Below are positions 59,790-64,000 of a stretch of DNA of 64,000 nt, piece after piece. Each line of letters starts with the position of its first letter. Position 1 is the first letter of the stretch. Origin of the DNA: Patescibacteria group bacterium (GTDB lineage: Bacteria > Patescibacteriota > Patescibacteriia > JBAZBY01). Under the pieces are notes generated by a model, which was given only the letters and a program-made list of their open reading frames with translations, was not told the origin of the DNA and did no database searches. The stretch lies in assembly GCA_041671225.1 (NCBI GenBank), contig JBAZBY010000001.1:366940-430939 (forward strand), read 5' to 3'. The position numbers were made by a program, and so were the translations under genes.

Positions 59790-61229
59790 TTATGATTTCT
59801 TTTCTTCGTCCACCTGAGCTTCCTTATCTGCCGAAGCCTCGGCGGAGGCAGGAGCGGAGGAGGGTTCTTCTTGAGGGGGCTCTTTAGGCTGCACTTCTTC
59901 AATGGGCGCTTCTTCTTTTTTCTCTCCACCTTCACCTTCTGGAACTACGGCAGATTCGCCTTTATCCGCCGACTTGTCAGCGGAGGTGGGTTTTTTTTCG
60001 CCATCCTTGAGGCTTTCAGGAGACGCGCCATTGTCGGAAACAATATCAATTTTCCATCCGGTTAGCTTTGCCGCAAGCCGCACATTTTGTCCGTTGCGCC
60101 CAATTGCGAGCGAGAGTTGGTCTTCTTTGACCTCTGCTGTTGCAATTTTTCCTTCCTCATTAAGTTTGATAGAGAGGACTTTTGCGGGAGAGAGTGCATT
60201 GGTGAGAAATTGTACCGAATCATCACTGAATTCAATGATGTCGATCTTCTCACCGCCAATTTCTGTAATGATGGTTTGCACGCGCGTCCCACGCTGCCCA
60301 ACGCAAGAACCAACAGGGTCGATGTTCTTTTGGTTGGAAGCAACAGCGATCTTCGTGCGGCTTCCTGCTTCACGGGCGATTGCTTTGATCTCAACAGCAC
60401 CTGACGCGATTTCTGGAACCTCGGTTGCGAAGAGGAGCTTCACAATATCCGCATGTGCACGGGATGCAATAATTTCTGGACCGCGCGGTGTTTCACTCAC
60501 AGACGCAAGATAGAATTTAAAGCGGGAACCAGGACGGTAATTTTCAGCCGGGATTTGTTCTGGCGGCGGCATGAGTGCCGTTGCACGACCAAGGTCAACC
60601 AAGACCATGCGCCCCTCCACTCGCTGCACAAAGCCAGTAATAATTTGACCCTCGAGCTGTTTGTATTCGTTGTACATATTCTCACGCTCTGCTTCGCGGA
60701 GTCGTTGAATAACAACTTGCTTTGCCGTTTGTGCTGCCATGCGTCCATATGCTGCCGGCGGGAATAGTTCTGTGCGAATCACATCCCCAACCTTCGCGCC
60801 CTTTTTGAGTTCTTGTGCTTCTTCTTCAGCAATCATGGTTTTGGGGTCGAAATGCGGTTCTTCTTCCTCTTCCGTCCCTTCTTTCTTTTCTTCAGTATTT
60901 CTTGGTCGTGGCTGTGGTTCATCTTTTTCTTCTGCTATTGTTTCACCACGCGCTTCTGCCTCAACACGTGCCTTTTCAGCTTCTTCTCTTTCTTTGACGT
61001 ATTTTTTGTAAAGCGCGTTTTCAACAACGGCTTTGACGTCAAAAACGCGTGCGCCACCCGTTTGGGAGTCAAAATCTGATTCGATATTTTGGTTTTTTTC
61101 ACCAAAATCCTTACGGTATGCAACCGCAAGCGCCGCCTCAATAGTATTGATGACGCTTTCGTAGCTAATGTTCTTTTCCTCACAAATCTGCCGGATGGCG
61201 GATTCGATATCGTTCTCTTTTTCGGTCAT
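59790..61229 (-). CDS. nusA: transcription termination factor NusA
   Basis: YGRMAAQTAKQV, S1 domain, AREAGSRTK, CVGQRG, AIGRNGQNVRLA. Confidence 0.97.
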   Translation of the reverse strand: MTEKENDIESAIRQICEEKNISYESVINTIEAALAVAYRKDFGEKNQNIESDFDSQTGGARVFDVKAVVENALYKKYVKEREEAEKARVEAEARGETIAEEKDEPQPRPRNTEEKKEGTEEEEEPHFDPKTMIAEEEAQELKKGAKVGDVIRTELFPPAAYGRMAAQTAKQVVIQRLREAERENMYNEYKQLEGQIITGFVQRVEGRMVLVDLGRATALMPPPEQIPAENYRPGSRFKFYLASVSETPRGPEIIASRAHADIVKLLFATEVPEIASGAVEIKAIAREAGSRTKIAVASNQKNIDPVGSCVGQRGTRVQTIITEIGGEKIDIIEFSDDSVQFLTNALSPAKVLSIKLNEEGKIATAEVKEDQLSLAIGRNGQNVRLAAKLTGWKIDIVSDNGASPESLKDGEKKPTSADKSADKGESAVVPEGEGGEKKEEAPIEEVQPKEPPQEEPSSAPASAEASADKEAQVDEEKKS

Positions 61230-61309
61230 AGTATGATTATTACACAACAAATCACTAGTCTGAGACTAGCTGAGCAGGATTATAGCAAGCGAAGTACGAG
61301 CTGTAAAGT

Positions 61310-61657
61310 CTATTGAATATCCCTCACGTGTGTTATGTGGAGGTGGTCTTTTTGTCCGTCGAGCAGCAACGCATCCATGCGTATCGACCCATGATGTGGA
61401 TGCTGCAGAAGATAGTGTACAATAGTTGCGCGAATGCGTTGCCGTTTTTGCCATGTGATACTCTCTGCAGCTGAGCCAAAACTTTCATCTCGGCGCCACT
61501 TCACCTCTACAAAGACGAGTAGCGCGTCTTTTTGTACAATGAGATCTATTTCACCGCTGCGGGTAAAAAAGTTTCTATCGACAAGCGCAAAACCTTCTTG
61601 TGTAAGATATTGTAGCGCGATGCGCTCGCCAAGCTCTCCGAGTTTTCTTTTGGACAT
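61310..61657 (-). CDS. yraN: YraN-family (UPF0102) nuclease-like protein
   Basis: LGELGE, RNF, GEIDLI, FVEVK. Confidence 0.9.
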   Translation of the reverse strand: MSKRKLGELGERIALQYLTQEGFALVDRNFFTRSGEIDLIVQKDALLVFVEVKWRRDESFGSAAESITWQKRQRIRATIVHYLLQHPHHGSIRMDALLLDGQKDHLHITHVRDIQ

Positions 61658-61709
61658 AAAAACCCCTTGGCCACTGGCCAACGGGTCTCTGTATGTTTAC
61701 CGTAGCACG

Positions 61710-62261
61710 CTATTTCTGGAACAGCAAGCCGTAATGCTGTTCGCTCGCCTCGAAGTCATCAGTTTTCACCAGTCCCTGTGATTCCGCTGCCCGCACCGCA
61801 GCATCCTTCCTGATGAGATTCTCTGTTGGTGGAGCAAAGGCAAGTTTAGACTCCTTCCAATCCACCACTAATACCATACCGCCCTTCTTTACCATGCGGT
61901 GCGCTTCAGCAAACATGTTGTTGTGTGCTTTTGATTGATGCAGTACGTTGACGAGTAATGCGAGATCGAGCGACTCATTTGCAATGCGCCGCGCTGCACC
62001 AACCACTTCAAGATTTGACCACACGAGTTTAATATTCTTGATGCCGAGAAATTCTGCCTTACTCTTCAGCGCGGAGAGCGCATTCTTTTGAATATCGAGC
62101 GCATAGACAATGCCATTGTTGCCCACCATTTTTGCTGCTTGAAAAGTGAAGTACCCTGAGCCGCTGCCAAGATCGCCCACAATCATTCCTTCCTTTACGC
62201 CAATGCGACCCAGAATTTCTTGTGGGTTTAAGAATTGGTTCCCAGAGGGTGTTTTTACCAT
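61710..62261 (-). CDS. class I SAM-dependent methyltransferase
   Basis: DLGSGSGYF, YALDI, VVDW. Confidence 0.88.
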   Translation of the reverse strand: MVKTPSGNQFLNPQEILGRIGVKEGMIVGDLGSGSGYFTFQAAKMVGNNGIVYALDIQKNALSALKSKAEFLGIKNIKLVWSNLEVVGAARRIANESLDLALLVNVLHQSKAHNNMFAEAHRMVKKGGMVLVVDWKESKLAFAPPTENLIRKDAAVRAAESQGLVKTDDFEASEQHYGLLFQK

Positions 62262-62308
62262 GTGTCTAGTATACGCCTTCGTTGTCTCAGACTCCAGTCT
62301 TCGTGTTG

Positions 62309-62911
62309 CTACTTCCATTTATTCAATCTGAATGATTTGCGGTGAATAGCTGAGAGGCCATGTTCATGGATTTCCCTGCGGTGCTGCAACGTGCCATACC
62401 CCTTATGCGTGGCAAAACGGTATGCGGGGTAGTCCTGTTCTAGAGCGCGCATAATGCGGTCACGGGTTACCTTGGCAATAATTGACGCACAAGCAATGGG
62501 GAAGACATCGCGATCCCCATGAATGATTTTTTGCGATGGGTAGGGGAGTTTCAAAGCAAATCCATCTATTACGACATAGTCCGGAGCCTGCGTCAGATTT
62601 TTCACTGCCTGCGCTAGCGCCAGCAGATTTGCTTTTTGTACGCCACCGTTATCAATAACCTGTTCAGAAAGTATGGCAACAGCCCACGCCCGCGCCTTGG
62701 TGGTTATCTCTTCATATAATACTTCGCGCACCTTTTCAGCGATCTTCTTCGAATCCTGAACGCGCGGAATCTCTGCATCCATAGGCATGATGACTGCCGC
62801 GGCAACGAGTGGTCCTGCAAAGGCGCCTCGTCCCGCTTCATCCACGCCGGCGACTGCAAAAAAACCCTGCTGCGCCAGTGTTTCTTCATGTGTTCGTTTA
62901 AGCGGCTGCAT
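62309..62911 (-). CDS. rnhB: ribonuclease HII
   Basis: GVDEAGRG, DSKK, IDG, ASIIAKVTRD, HKGYGT. Confidence 0.96.
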   Translation of the reverse strand: MQPLKRTHEETLAQQGFFAVAGVDEAGRGAFAGPLVAAAVIMPMDAEIPRVQDSKKIAEKVREVLYEEITTKARAWAVAILSEQVIDNGGVQKANLLALAQAVKNLTQAPDYVVIDGFALKLPYPSQKIIHGDRDVFPIACASIIAKVTRDRIMRALEQDYPAYRFATHKGYGTLQHRREIHEHGLSAIHRKSFRLNKWK

Positions 62912-63317
62912 TTTTTTGGTGTTCAATTCCGCGACGCACCACCATAATGCAGGAACCATCAGCCACGACGTCCAGGCCAAGTGTTTTTGCCTTGAGGCGA
63001 ATTTCTTCACTCTCTGCGCCCGGCTGGAACCACACCTTTTTTATATGTGAACGTTGCACGTCGTCAAGTAATCGTAATCCAATATCAGGAGGGACAACAA
63101 AAACTGCGACATCTGGTTTTTTTGGGATGTCCGCAAGTGCGGGGTACGTGGGGTATCCTTCGATCGTCGTTTGTTTTGGATTCACGCCAACCACGTTGTA
63201 GCCGGCATCACCAAGATTACGCAACACAATATTGCCGTATTTTTCACGTTGCGGAGATGCACCAACAATCGCGTAGAGAAAGTTTTTATTTATAAAGGCA
63301 CTGAAGTTGATTGCCAT
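62898..63317 (-). CDS. CoA-binding domain protein
   Basis: AIVGAS, VNPK, VWFQPGAES, CIMV. Confidence 0.9.
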   Translation of the reverse strand: MAINFSAFINKNFLYAIVGASPQREKYGNIVLRNLGDAGYNVVGVNPKQTTIEGYPTYPALADIPKKPDVAVFVVPPDIGLRLLDDVQRSHIKKVWFQPGAESEEIRLKAKTLGLDVVADGSCIMVVRRGIEHQKNAAA

Positions 63318-63371
63318 ATCCACTGTAGGATACCGCATAAACGTTCAGTAACAAAACCTTCCCTATGTTCT

Positions 63372-64000
63372 TTATATAAGAGAAATTTTTCCTTGCTTTG
63401 CGTCGACGGTTACACTGTCGCCTTCCTTGACCTTCCCTTCAACAATACGGAGGGCGAGTTCATCAAGCACGAGGTTTTGGATCGCGCGTTTTAAGGGTCG
63501 CGCACCAAAAGCAGCGTCATACCCTTTTTCGATGATCAGCTTTTTTGCTGCTTCGTTAACGGTCAGGGTAATGCGTTTTTCAAGGAGGCGTTCTTTTACC
63601 CGTTCAATTTGTATGTCCGCAATACGGTCAAGAATTTTTTCATCAAGTGAGCGGAAGATGATGATGTCATCAACGCGGTTGAGGAATTCTGGACGGAAGG
63701 TCTGTTGCAACATTGGCATAACAGCTTTTTCTATTTCATGTGCGCCCTTCCCAGCGAGTTTTTGTATCTCCGAGCTGCCAATATTTGATGTCATGATGAT
63801 AATGGCATTTTTGAAGCTCACGTGGCGACCCTGACCATCCGTGAGTTGACCATCATCAAGAACCTGGAGGAGTATATTAAAGACTTCCGGGTGTGCTTTT
63901 TCTATTTCATCAAAAAGAATAACGCTGTACGGACGACGGCGCACGGCCTCGGTCAGCTGGCCGCCTTCTTCATAACCAACGTATCCCGGCGGGGAGCCAA
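63372..64000 (-). CDS. clpB: ClpB/ClpC chaperone, C-terminal part (truncated by window end)
   Basis: [40 protein letters not shown]. Confidence 0.9.
   Translation of the reverse strand, partial: GSPPGYVGYEEGGQLTEAVRRRPYSVILFDEIEKAHPEVFNILLQVLDDGQLTDGQGRHVSFKNAIIIMTSNIGSSEIQKLAGKGAHEIEKAVMPMLQQTFRPEFLNRVDDIIIFRSLDEKILDRIADIQIERVKERLLEKRITLTVNEAAKKLIIEKGYDAAFGARPLKRAIQNLVLDELALRIVEGKVKEGDSVTVDAKQGKISLI

Overview
Chromosomal window from a Patescibacteria (CPR; Parcubacteria/ABY1-like) genome using genetic code 11; the lineage is inferred from the 16S sequence, its unlinked layout and the gene content. Housekeeping content: rpsP-khpA-trmD, msrA, nth, acyP, tig, nusA, rnhB, partial clpB, two membrane pyrophosphatases, a type IV pilus cluster plus a second GspE/PilB ATPase, a stand-alone 16S rRNA gene and 7 tRNAs. 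Three structures are not explained by ordinary annotation. (1) Translation signals fall into two classes. Recognisable genes have no Shine-Dalgarno (SD) site, usually have T at -1 and often have a -10 box 6-9 nt before the ATG (leaderless-like). About 17 mostly ORFan genes instead sit in self-contained cassettes, typically with a TTGAC promoter, long leader, strong GGAGG-type SD and terminator. Several cassette proteins carry export features typical of diderm (FCB-like) bacteria: a T9SS-type C-terminal domain, a C-terminal TWGxIK motif and a beta-barrel-like protein. They may be host-derived or host-directed. (2) Duplicated ends of stable-RNA loci (16S trailer, tRNA-Phe, tRNA-Gly) each abut a GC-rich palindrome. 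(3) A family of short palindromes occurs between genes and in frame inside nusA and other proteins. No CRISPR array, integrase, transposase or reverse transcriptase was seen. All family calls come from motif recognition by eye, with no database search.
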